Source: Actinomycetota bacterium (GTDB lineage: Bacteria > Actinomycetota > Actinomycetes > JAKEEW01). Taken from it: a stretch of DNA of 33,158 bases. The stretch spans positions 1 to 33,158 of the forward strand of contig JBKOZJ010000095.1 in NCBI GenBank assembly GCA_046725875.1, given 5' to 3'. Numbering within the stretch: position 1 is the first letter of the stretch; every line of letters starts with the position of its first letter. The notes below the pieces were generated by a model. That model worked only from the letters and a program-made list of their open reading frames with translations, was not told the origin of the DNA and made no database searches. This document shows, in pieces, positions 9,889-18,515 of the stretch. A program made the translations under genes and the position numbers.

Positions 9889-10356
9889 CTAGATATGGAG
9901 CCAGGTGGTGGCTATCGGGGTCGCCGCGCCAGCGGGAGTGGCGACGAGGCTGACGACACCAGGCTCGATGGGATCGGCGATGAAGCGGCCGAGGTCATCG
10001 ACCGAAACGGTCATCGTTGACCGCTTGCCTGCGTGACGGACCTCTAGCTCAGTCGCGACGCTGGGCGTCAGCTGACCGATCAACCGTCGGCTGTCGCCGG
10101 AAATGATGATCTCCATGTCGATCGTCACCGGACCGGCCGCGAAGGTCACCAACCGCGACGCCTGCTCGCTCCGTACACCCGCCAACTCCGCACCCGCGGA
10201 GTCCTGGACGAGTTCGGCGAGCTCGGCGTCGATGCGTCGCCAAGTGAGGCTCGCCCGGGCCGCCTCCGACACCAAATCCGGCAACGGGTCGGCGGCCTCC
10301 GCCACCTCGCGAAGCGCGGCCAGCAGCTCGCCGTCGTCCTCCCACGCCTCGGTCAT
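9889..10356 (-). CDS. Hypothetical 155-aa protein downstream of ECF sigma; putative soluble anti-sigma/partner with beta-rich C-terminus
   Basis: Helical N-terminus (DDGELLAALR...DAELAEL), then beta-strand-rich part ending VDDLGRF...PG, reminiscent of carboxypeptidase-regulatory-like folds; co-oriented with the sigma gene. Function is inferred. Confidence 0.7.
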   Translation of the reverse strand: MTEAWEDDGELLAALREVAEAADPLPDLVSEAARASLTWRRIDAELAELVQDSAGAELAGVRSEQASRLVTFAAGPVTIDMEIIISGDSRRLIGQLTPSVATELEVRHAGKRSTMTVSVDDLGRFIADPIEPGVVSLVATPAGAATPIATTWLHI

Positions 10357-10438
10357 CGAGACCCCCGTTGCGCGGATGCGCGAGGTCCGGCGTGGGCCCG
10401 CTCCCCGCGCACCAAGTCGTGTACGAGCCTGGAGTGCA

Positions 10439-11077
10439 TCAGCTGACCTCCGCCGCCAGTTGTGCACGCAACTGCTGGAGGCAGCGTTGGCGGGTCGGGC
10501 CGATGCTGCCGATGGCCATATTGAGCGCCTCGGCGATCTGCGCATAGTGCGCCTCGGTCGCCGCCGAAAGCGCCCGCAGGAGCACCTGGCACCGGCGCGG
10601 CAGCAGCGCCAGCGCTGCCCAGAGTGTTTGGTGCCGCTCGTTCGTCAGGGCCGCCGTCTCGGGCGACTCCACGGGATCAGCGGCGGGGCGCTCGGCCAGC
10701 TCAGCCTCCGGTATCTCCCGGCCGCGCGCCCGTACCATTCGCAGTGACTCGCGCTGCGCCACGGTTACCAGCCAAGCGGCGATGCGGGACGGCTCGCGCA
10801 CGACCGACAGGCTCTCGATCAGGCGCAGCCATACCGTCTGGCTCACGTCGGCCGCGTCGGCGACATCCAGCCCGTACCCCCGCGGAATCGACCAGACCAG
10901 CCGAGCGAAGCGACGTACGAGCTCGTCCCAGGCGCGCTGGTCGCCTCCCGCCGCAGTCTTCACCAAGAGCGCAACGTCGGTGTTCGCGAGCGCGTCAGGC
11001 GCGCACGGGTAGGTTCCCGCGGAACCCCGGTGATCCGTATTGCTGAGCTCGCCGTGGTCTGCGGGTTTGACCGTCAC
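10439..11077 (-). CDS. ECF-type RNA polymerase sigma-70 factor
   Basis: Region 2 (AWDELVRRF...DAADVSQTVWLRL...WLVTVAQRE) and region 4 (LPRRCQVLL...YAQIAEALNMAIGSIGPTRQRCL); GTG 11077 has TACATT -10 element 6 nt upstream. Confidence 0.92.
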   Translation of the reverse strand: MTVKPADHGELSNTDHRGSAGTYPCAPDALANTDVALLVKTAAGGDQRAWDELVRRFARLVWSIPRGYGLDVADAADVSQTVWLRLIESLSVVREPSRIAAWLVTVAQRESLRMVRARGREIPEAELAERPAADPVESPETAALTNERHQTLWAALALLPRRCQVLLRALSAATEAHYAQIAEALNMAIGSIGPTRQRCLQQLRAQLAAEVS

Positions 11078-11763
11078 GGGCGCAATGTAACCGACCCACC
11101 GCCTCGACGTCCCCGGCGCGCCACATGTCTCCCGGCGGACCCCACCAGACGGCGAGGCGACTCCCCCGTGGCCGCCCCACCGCTCGGTGCCCCCGCTGGT
11201 CGCCGCCGACCGCGGGCCCGGCGACAGAACCCCCGCACTGCCGCCGGCCCACGGCCAGATGACCCCGTAACCCCCGTGGCGCCACGGCGTCCCAGCGCCC
11301 CGGCTGGTCGGGCGAACGACCCCCATCGGACCGCCCGACCAGCCGTGGGAAAGTGCGCCGGCGAGCCAGCGCCACCGGGTTGACCCGTGGCGAAGAGCAC
11401 GACCGCGCAGGACATCGAATCGCGCCACGCCACCCCCTCGGGTCTCAGGTTGCTGGCTCGCCGACTGGGCACCCCATGCCTCGAGAGGCGCCCGATTACA
11501 AGAGATCGGGGCGGGCTCGGGTGATACGAGCGACACATCACTGTCCGGTAACGATGTCCCGCTCGATGCGTCATGCCACTCTCCAAATCCCGCCGCCATG
11601 TGCGGCCAAGTCAGGCCGCTGCCACGCCGTCCGAGCGCTGGTCGGATGGTTCCGAAGTTGCCCCCCCGGGGACCTAGACGTTTCCCGGCGACGTAACGTG
11701 CGATACCAGGCTGGCGGCATCTCGCCACTTGTCCCGCGGGGAGGTGTGGCTAACGTGACCCGC

Positions 11764-13029
11764 ATGGCGACCGACCCGACCGATCAGATGTACGCGGAGA
11801 AGCTCGACGCGGCCGACGAGCTGGCCAGTTTCGCCGACCGCTTCATGGTCGATGACCCGGATCTGATCTATCTGGATGGCAACTCGCTCGGCCGGCTTCC
11901 GCGCACTACCCGCGACCGCCTCGCCCGCGCCGTCGACGAGGAGTGGGGGCGGGACTTAATCCGCTCCTGGGACTACTGGATCGACCTGCCCACCCGAGTC
12001 GGTGATCTTCTAGCGACCGAACTCATCGGCGCCCACACGGGTGAGGTGGTGGTCTCGGACTCGACCACGGTCAACCTCTACAAGCTCGCGGCCGCCGCGC
12101 TAACCGCCCGCGCCGGCCGGCGAGTGATCGTGACCGACGACGACAACTTTCCGACCGACCGATACGTGGTCGAAGGGCTGGCCGCGGCCCACGGGCTCAC
12201 ACTCAAGATGGTGCGCTCGGATCCGGTGCACGGTCCTAGCCGCGAGGAGCTCGATGCGGCGATCGACGAGGACACGGCGCTCGTCACGCTTTCGCATGTC
12301 GCTTTCCGGTCCGGCGCCCTTTTGGATATGAGCGACATCACGCGGCTCGCCCATGAGCGCGGGGCGCTGATGCTGTGGGACCTGTGCCACTCGGTCGGGT
12401 CGGTGCCGGTCGAGCTTGCAGCGGCCGGCGCGGATCTGGCGGTGGGCTGCACGTACAAATACGTCAACGCCGGGCCGGGCGCCCCCGCCTTCCTCTACGT
12501 ACGCCGGGACTTGCAGGACGCGCTTCGCCAGCCGATCTGGGGATGGTTCGGGCAGCGGGACATGTTCGCCATGGGCCCCGCCTATGACCCAGAGCCGGGC
12601 ATCCGCCGGTTCACGACGGGCACGCCGTCGATCTTGGGCGTATACGCAGTTCAGCAGGGCGCGGAGCTGCTCGCGGAAGCCGGGATGTACCGAGTGCGAG
12701 CGAAAGGTATCGCGCTCACGTCCTATCTGATCGACCTAGCCGACGCCTGGCTCGCGCCGCTCGGCTTCTCGGTGGCGACACCGCGCGACCCGGAACGGCG
12801 TGGCGCCCAGGTGTCGCTCCGCCACGACCAGGCGTGGCAAATCTGCCAGGCGTACATCGAGAAGGCCCGGGTCATCCCGGACTTCCGCGGCCCCGACCGG
12901 CTCCGCCTCGGACTGTCTCCCCTAACTACCAGCTTCGTGGACGTGTGGGACGGGCTCTCCCGGCTTCGGGCCCTCGTTGAGAACGGCGACCATCAGTCGT
13001 ACCCAGCATCCGCATCCCGCGTGACTTAG
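11764..13029 (+). CDS. kynU: Kynureninase (PLP-dependent)
   Basis: YLDGNSLG, WDLCHS, GCTYKYVNAGPG (PLP lysine), WGWFG, PDFR; TAACGT -10 element 7 nt before ATG 11764. Confidence 0.92.
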   Translation: MATDPTDQMYAEKLDAADELASFADRFMVDDPDLIYLDGNSLGRLPRTTRDRLARAVDEEWGRDLIRSWDYWIDLPTRVGDLLATELIGAHTGEVVVSDSTTVNLYKLAAAALTARAGRRVIVTDDDNFPTDRYVVEGLAAAHGLTLKMVRSDPVHGPSREELDAAIDEDTALVTLSHVAFRSGALLDMSDITRLAHERGALMLWDLCHSVGSVPVELAAAGADLAVGCTYKYVNAGPGAPAFLYVRRDLQDALRQPIWGWFGQRDMFAMGPAYDPEPGIRRFTTGTPSILGVYAVQQGAELLAEAGMYRVRAKGIALTSYLIDLADAWLAPLGFSVATPRDPERRGAQVSLRHDQAWQICQAYIEKARVIPDFRGPDRLRLGLSPLTTSFVDVWDGLSRLRALVENGDHQSYPASASRVT

Positions 13030-13033
13030 CGGA

Positions 13034-13052
13034 CGCCGACGCATCGTCGGCG
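13034..13052 (+). terminator. Possible hairpin terminator after kynU
   Basis: CGCCGACG-CAT-CGTCGGCG, 8-bp perfect stem just after the stop codon; no U-tract. Confidence 0.35.
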
Positions 13053-13080
13053 GGTATCGCGCCCGCGAGGGTTGTGGTCT

Positions 13081-13160
13081 GATCCGCCAAGCGTTTGGAA
13101 CACGAGCCTGGCGTACTGGACCCCGAGCGTACGGCTCGGCCTTGACATGCTTTGCGGATC
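13081..13160. repeat. 80-bp REP-like element, copy 1 (GATC-ended inverted repeats)
   Basis: GATCCGCCAAGC-N56-GCTTTGCGGATC; homologous to 14256-14335. Confidence 0.8.
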
Positions 13161-13299
13161 AATCTGACCCCTGGGCAAGCGTCATCACGCAGCAGATGGT
13201 CACGAACCGCACCCGTACCTGTGGACAGGCTGTGGGCAACGTACGTGCGGTGGACGCCGGCGCGGGCATGCTTGTCTGGTCCAATTTGGGGGTTCGGCC

Positions 13300-14214
13300 A
13301 TGCATCCAGCTTTGAGCGCCGCGGAGCGCGAGCATGGTGGCGTCTTCCGAGTGGCCGAGGCGGTGGCCTGCGGCTACGCCGATGACGAGATAAGAGGCCT
13401 GGTCCGTTCAGGCCGGTGGGTTCGGGTCAGACACGGGATTCTCGCCGAGAGGGAGACCGCGGCGGCCATTCGCGCCGAGCCCGAGGGAGCGCTCGCTCTA
13501 TCCCTTGCCGGCGAAATTTGTGCCCGGCCCAGCGCCCGTCTGGCCGCTAGCCACGAGTCCGCCGCTCGGCTGCTCGGCCTGGATTTCATCGTCGATCCAC
13601 CGCGCATGCTCACGCTTACCACCGACACGCCCGGTAGAGGGCGAGGATGGGTGAGCGGGGTTCGCATTAGGCGGGCGACACTACCGCCCGGTCATGTCAC
13701 GGAGTGCCGTCGGCTACCTGTCACAACCGTCGCTCGCACGGTGGTCGACCTTGCTCGCGAGCAGCCATTCCGCAACGCGGTCGTGTTGGCTGACTCCGCG
13801 TTGCGGAGGGGCCTGACCAGCCGCGATGAGCTGGACCAAGTCGTTAGGGCTGCCTGGACCTGGCCAGGCATCCGAGACGCCAGCCGGGTGGTGGAATTCA
13901 GCGATGGTCGTGCTCAATCAGCTGCGGAGTCGGTCGCCCGCGTTCTGTTCGCGACCGTGGGGCTGCCCGCGCCTCTGCTGCAGGCAGTTATCTCGGACAG
14001 AGATGGCATTGCGGGCCAGGTGGACTTCCTCTTCCGCGAAGAGCGGACGATCGTCGAGATCGACGGGAAGGCCAAGTATCGCGAGCAGGAGGACGCCCTG
14101 TTTCTGGAGAAGAAGCGGCAGGACCGGCTGGAAGACCTTGGATACCGGGTCGTACGCCTAACTTGGCGCGAGATCGTTCACGAACCGGAAATGGTGCTCC
14201 GTAAGATCGCGTGA
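13300..14214 (+). CDS. AbiEi-like N-terminal HTH + DUF559 (Vsr-like PD-(D/E)xK endonuclease) protein
   Basis: N-terminal GRWVRVRHGI, SHESAARLLG, VTTVARTVVDLAR, QSAAES; C-terminal VDFLF...IVEIDG...EKKRQDRLEDLGYRVVRLTW. Confidence 0.85.
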   Translation: MHPALSAAEREHGGVFRVAEAVACGYADDEIRGLVRSGRWVRVRHGILAERETAAAIRAEPEGALALSLAGEICARPSARLAASHESAARLLGLDFIVDPPRMLTLTTDTPGRGRGWVSGVRIRRATLPPGHVTECRRLPVTTVARTVVDLAREQPFRNAVVLADSALRRGLTSRDELDQVVRAAWTWPGIRDASRVVEFSDGRAQSAAESVARVLFATVGLPAPLLQAVISDRDGIAGQVDFLFREERTIVEIDGKAKYREQEDALFLEKKRQDRLEDLGYRVVRLTWREIVHEPEMVLRKIA

Positions 14215-14255
14215 CTGGCTACCGGATAGCTCACTGCCTTGCTGCTGGCCGTTTC

Positions 14256-14335
14256 GATCCACCAAGCGCGCCAAGCATGAACATGACGTACCGCGTGCAA
14301 GCCGTTAGGTCACCGGTTCGGCAGCTTGGCGGATC
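14256..14335. repeat. 80-bp REP-like element, copy 2
   Basis: GATCCACCAAGC-N56-GCTTGGCGGATC; same length as copy 1 with a partly conserved interior. Confidence 0.8.
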
Positions 14336-14487
14336 AAAGCGTCGAGTGTCGGGGCCGTGGTAGTCGGCGGCGCCTTATTCAGCACGGCTAACGGCATTCA
14401 GCATGGCTAACGGCAAGCTTGGCGGATCAAAGCGCCAGCATCGGGGCTGTGGTAGTCGGCGACGCTAAATTCAGCGTGGCTGACGGC
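14324..14487. repeat. Imperfect tandem repeat (2 x ~72 bp, with a 19-bp subunit present 3 times)
   Basis: GCTTGGCGGATCAAAGCG...TCGGGGCYGTGGTAGTCGGCGRCGC at 14324 and 14417; ATTCAGCRYGGCTRACGGC at 14377, 14396 and 14469. Confidence 0.9.
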
Positions 14488-14510
14488 AAAGCCAGGGTGG
14501 CGCTAGACGG

Positions 14511-15803
14511 CTAGTCCGAGTTGCGGGTGCGTGTGCCGAAGAGGATCTCGTCCCAGCTGGGTACGCTCGCCCGACGCGGTCGGGGTCCGCTTGGCGGTCG
14601 CTCGGCAGGGCCGATGAGCCGCTCCTCGTAGAGGCTCGGCCGGCGGATCGGGGCGGTCGCCGAGGCGGGCACATGCGGGCGGCGGGACCGCCGGGCCGGC
14701 CGGTCGCGATCGGGGTCGTTGCGCTGTAGCGGCCGGCGCGGTGGTACCGGAGCCAGCGGCACGAGACCGCCCATTGCGGCGACACCGACTCTCGGAACGA
14801 CCAGGCCGTCGTCGCCGCTATAGGCGGCGACGCCGCGGTCCGGGCGCTGTCCGACACCCGGTCCCAGGGCACTCGTGCCGTCGGTTCTCGAAGCACCGGC
14901 ACCGGCGATCCCCGGGCCAATGTCGGCCGCCGGCGCCGGCAGATCGAGAATGTCGCCCGCGCGGCCAGGCTGCTCCCGCCCGTGCCGAGCCGCCGGCGAT
15001 CCCTTTGCGGCGCGGCCGCCGCGTGGCCCGGCGCCCCCGGCGCTGGCACGGTCGATCACGCCAGAACCGATGTCGATCGCGGCATCCTGGTCGCCGCCCT
15101 CGTCCGCCAAACCGGACATCCGCGGCCGCAGGCCGGCCATCGCCTCAGCCGCGAGGGTTTGCTGCTCGGCAACGAGCAGCCGCGCGTTGTCGTTGTCGGG
15201 GCTCACGGTGCGACGGGTTGGATCGAGCAGGAACAGTGCCCGTTCGGTTGCGCCGGCGCTGTCTTCGCTCCCTACTTCATCGCCGCTGCCAGCCGGGTTG
15301 CTCTCGGCTGGAGCATGAGCGGCTGCAGGTCGGTGGGCGACCGCGACCTGCCAGCGCCCGTCCTCCCGCCGCCATGAATCCCACGACGCGGTATCCGGGT
15401 CGATGCCGCGCTCCCGCAGGCGCTGCGCGAGCACGTCGCCGAGCAACGGCGCCGGTCGCTCATTTGGAATAGATGCGTGCATGGCGGTCCGTCGAGCCAT
15501 CGCCGCCATGTGCTCCCGCTCGGCGAGCACCGGGCCCTCGTAGCGACGGACCCGTTCGAGCGGAATGCCCGACGCCTCGGCCACGTCGGCGGCCGACTCG
15601 CCGGCTCGGATCCTGGCCTGGATGTCACGTGGCCGTAGCGGCGTGTCCAACTCGATCTCGAGCTGACCGAGCCGTACCCGGTCCCCACGGACCGCGGCCT
15701 TCAGCTTCTCGTCGAGCGGAAGTGCGTACTCGCTGCCGTCCAGGGCGCGGAGCAGGAGCCGGGCACCCTCGTCGATGGCCGTGACCAGGCGCAGCTCTTG
15801 CAT
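14511..15803 (-). CDS. sepH: Septation protein SepH (DUF3071)
   Basis: MQELRLV...LRPRDIQARIRAG...RVRRYEGPVLAER, WDSWRREDGRW, disordered linker, C-terminal RRASVPSWDEILFG. Confidence 0.92.
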   Translation of the reverse strand: MQELRLVTAIDEGARLLLRALDGSEYALPLDEKLKAAVRGDRVRLGQLEIELDTPLRPRDIQARIRAGESAADVAEASGIPLERVRRYEGPVLAEREHMAAMARRTAMHASIPNERPAPLLGDVLAQRLRERGIDPDTASWDSWRREDGRWQVAVAHRPAAAHAPAESNPAGSGDEVGSEDSAGATERALFLLDPTRRTVSPDNDNARLLVAEQQTLAAEAMAGLRPRMSGLADEGGDQDAAIDIGSGVIDRASAGGAGPRGGRAAKGSPAARHGREQPGRAGDILDLPAPAADIGPGIAGAGASRTDGTSALGPGVGQRPDRGVAAYSGDDGLVVPRVGVAAMGGLVPLAPVPPRRPLQRNDPDRDRPARRSRRPHVPASATAPIRRPSLYEERLIGPAERPPSGPRPRRASVPSWDEILFGTRTRNSD

Positions 15804-15990
15804 CACAGCCCTCCCCGGGAGCGTCGGCGGCAGCATTTCAGTCTGGCCCCTTGAACGGCTTGAACCCCGGACCGCCAGGTCGCCCGGCGCGTCGCGGTTC
15901 GCCCATTCGGCGCAAGCACCGTCGCCTGCACCGCAGCCCCGGGGTACGGAAGCCGCGCCGACACGTCGATCATGTCGAGTTGGTCAACGG

Positions 15991-17217
15991 CTAACCGGCG
16001 ACTCGAGCCGCCGCCTCGGCCGACTCAGGGACGCGGGCGAGGGTGCGACCGGCGCCCAGGGCGACCAGCGCGGCACAGACACCTGACGCCAGCGAGACGA
16101 AGAATGCCGCACTCGCACCATGGTCGTCGATCACCTGGCCGGCGAGCGCCGATGCCACCGTAATGCCGAGCCCGATCCCCGTCGTTGACCACGTCAGCCC
16201 CTCGGTGAGCTGGGCGGCCGGGACCCGGTCCTCGACCAGACCGAAGGCGGCGATCAGCGTCGGCGAGATGGTGAAGCCGGCAACGAAGATGACCGCGGTC
16301 AGCACGGGCAGGTTCGGTACGAATGGCAGCGGCACGATCGACAGCGCGAAGATAGGGCAGGCGAGGAGCAGCCGCCGAGCAAGCGACGCACGCCAATGCA
16401 TGGCGCCGTACAAGATCCCGGAGATCAGGCTACCGAGCGCCCAGGCTGCCAGGACGAAGCCGGCCGCCCCCTTCCGGCCCTGCTCTTCGGCGAACGCGAC
16501 GACGATCACCTCCACCGAGCCGAAGACGCCGCCGAGCCCGATCATGATGAAGATGATGAGCCGGAGGGCAGGAACCTGGATTGCGGATCCTCCGGCCTGT
16601 CCGCCCGTCCGTTCCCGTCGCGCGGGTGGCTCGGTCGATCGCTGTACGGCAAGCGCCAGCCCGCCGCCGAGCGCCAGCGCGAGGGTGACGGAAAGTCCGG
16701 CCAGGCGGTCCACGCCGGTCGCCAGCACGGTCACGAGGACCGGCCCGATCACAAAGATCAGCTCGTCGATCGCGGACTCCAACGAGTAGGCGGTATGCAG
16801 GCTGCGACCCGTGCCGGCGAGCGCGTTCGCCCACCGCGCGCGGACGAGCGAGCCGATGCTCGGCGTCGCACCGCCGGCGACGACGCCGGTGGCGAACAAG
16901 GTCCAGTGCGGGGCTCCGGTTACCGCGGCGACCATCAGCCCGATCATCGCGAGCACCTGCACGACGAGGACGGGTACCAGCACCGCCGCCTGGCCGAAGC
17001 GGTCCACCATCCGGGCGACCTGCGGCCCCACCAAGGATGCGGCGAGCGAGAACGCCGCCGCGACTGCGCCGGCCACGCCATAAGACCCGGTCGCCGAAGA
17101 GATCAAGAGCACGATCCCGATCCCGACCATAGATATCGGCATCCGCGCGACGAAGCCCGCCGTTGAGAAGGCGAGCGTCCCCGGCACCGTAAACAGGTCA
17201 CGGTAAGGAGCGAGCAC
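15991..17217 (-). CDS. MFS transporter
   Basis: PYRDLFTVPG...GFVARMPISM, RMVDRFGQ motif A, about 12 hydrophobic segments; start approximate. Confidence 0.88.
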   Translation of the reverse strand: MLAPYRDLFTVPGTLAFSTAGFVARMPISMVGIGIVLLISSATGSYGVAGAVAAAFSLAASLVGPQVARMVDRFGQAAVLVPVLVVQVLAMIGLMVAAVTGAPHWTLFATGVVAGGATPSIGSLVRARWANALAGTGRSLHTAYSLESAIDELIFVIGPVLVTVLATGVDRLAGLSVTLALALGGGLALAVQRSTEPPARRERTGGQAGGSAIQVPALRLIIFIMIGLGGVFGSVEVIVVAFAEEQGRKGAAGFVLAAWALGSLISGILYGAMHWRASLARRLLLACPIFALSIVPLPFVPNLPVLTAVIFVAGFTISPTLIAAFGLVEDRVPAAQLTEGLTWSTTGIGLGITVASALAGQVIDDHGASAAFFVSLASGVCAALVALGAGRTLARVPESAEAAARVAG

Positions 17218-17332
17218 GACCACGGACGCTATCGCCCAAGACCCACCAGCCCGCCGCCCAAGCAGGGCACGCGGTGCGCCCCACGCTGCCTGATCAATGG
17301 GAGGCGACGGGATCCTGGCAGGATGGGCAGAC

Positions 17333-18514
17333 GTGACGGTAAGCGCGGCTGGGAAAGGGCGTCCGCTCATGGGCGGCCCGTCCTCGCCGGCCGGGCGAGG
17401 CGCCGCGTCGGAAGGCGTTGGCCGAGCCGCGGGTATCGACGGTGGGGCGCGGGTCCGGGAGACGTTTGACGCACTGTTGCTGCTCTCGTTCGGCGGTCCG
17501 GAGGCCCCGCATGAAATCATCCCGTTCTTGGAGAACGTCACTCGCGGCCGTGGCATACCGCGGGTGCGGCTCGCGGAGGTCGGCGAGCATTACTTCCGGA
17601 TGGGCGGGCGCAGTCCGATCAACGACCAGTGCCGGAAGTTGCTTGCGGCGATCCGCGGCGACTTCGCGGCTAACGACCTTGACCTGCCGGTCTACTGGGG
17701 GAACCGGAATTGGCATCCGATGCTTGCCGACACCGTTCGGCAAATGATGGCGGACGGGATCACGCGGGCGCTGGTGTTCGTGACCGCCGCGTACTCCTCA
17801 TATTCGAGCTGTCGGCAATACCGCGAGGACATGGCGGCGGCCTTGACCACCGTGGGACCGGGGGGCCCGGAGCTCGTCCGGCTGCGGCACTATTTCAACC
17901 ATCCGGGGTTCGTGGAGCCATTCGTCGACACGACCGTGGCGGCGCTCGGCGAGGTCCCTAGGGGTTCCCGCCTGGTATTCACGACCCACTCGATTCCCGA
18001 GGCGTGGGCGGCCACGAGCGGTCCCACGGGCTGGGCGTACGTGGACCAGCACCGGGAGACTGCGAAGCTTGTGGCCGCTGGGGTGGCGGAACGAACCGGT
18101 CCGACGCCGGGCTGGGACCTCGTGTACCAGTCGCGGTCCGGACCGCCGTCCCAGCCGTGGCTTGAGCCCGACGTTGTGGACCACCTGAAGCGGCTTTCGG
18201 GTACGGGGGTCCCAGGTGCCGTACTAGTGCCGATCGGCTTCGTATCCGACCACATGGAGGTGCTCTACGACCTCGACGTCGAGGCGGCCGAGGCAGCCGC
18301 GAAGCTCGGCCTGCCCTTGGCCCGGGCGGCAACGCCGGGCACGGATCCGCGGTTCACCGGCATGATCCGGGAACTTGTTCTGGAACGAATGACCGGGACA
18401 CCGCCCGCGCAGCGGGTGGCGCTGGGAGCGCTCGGACCGGCCCACGACCGGTGTCCGACAGGCTGCTGCCCGAACCCTCGGGGTCCACGCCCCGCCGTCT
18501 CAGGAGCGGACTGA
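17333..18514 (+). CDS. hemH: Ferrochelatase
   Basis: [63 protein letters not shown]; start uncertain (17333 or 17369). Confidence 0.95.
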   Translation: MTVSAAGKGRPLMGGPSSPAGRGAASEGVGRAAGIDGGARVRETFDALLLLSFGGPEAPHEIIPFLENVTRGRGIPRVRLAEVGEHYFRMGGRSPINDQCRKLLAAIRGDFAANDLDLPVYWGNRNWHPMLADTVRQMMADGITRALVFVTAAYSSYSSCRQYREDMAAALTTVGPGGPELVRLRHYFNHPGFVEPFVDTTVAALGEVPRGSRLVFTTHSIPEAWAATSGPTGWAYVDQHRETAKLVAAGVAERTGPTPGWDLVYQSRSGPPSQPWLEPDVVDHLKRLSGTGVPGAVLVPIGFVSDHMEVLYDLDVEAAEAAAKLGLPLARAATPGTDPRFTGMIRELVLERMTGTPPAQRVALGALGPAHDRCPTGCCPNPRGPRPAVSGAD

Positions 18515-18515
18515 A

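Noticed and set aside
11078..11728. 217-aa N-terminal extension of the sigma factor, and the overlapping upstream extension of kynU
   Set aside because: Low-complexity, the two extensions overlap on opposite strands, and both genes have -10 elements right before the shorter starts.
13300..14214. Complete AbiE type IV toxin-antitoxin pair
   Set aside because: No adjacent AbiEii nucleotidyltransferase ORF.
14256..14487. CRISPR array
   Set aside because: Sequences between the repeated arms at 14324 and 14417 are themselves homologous rather than unique spacers, there are few units, and no cas genes are present.
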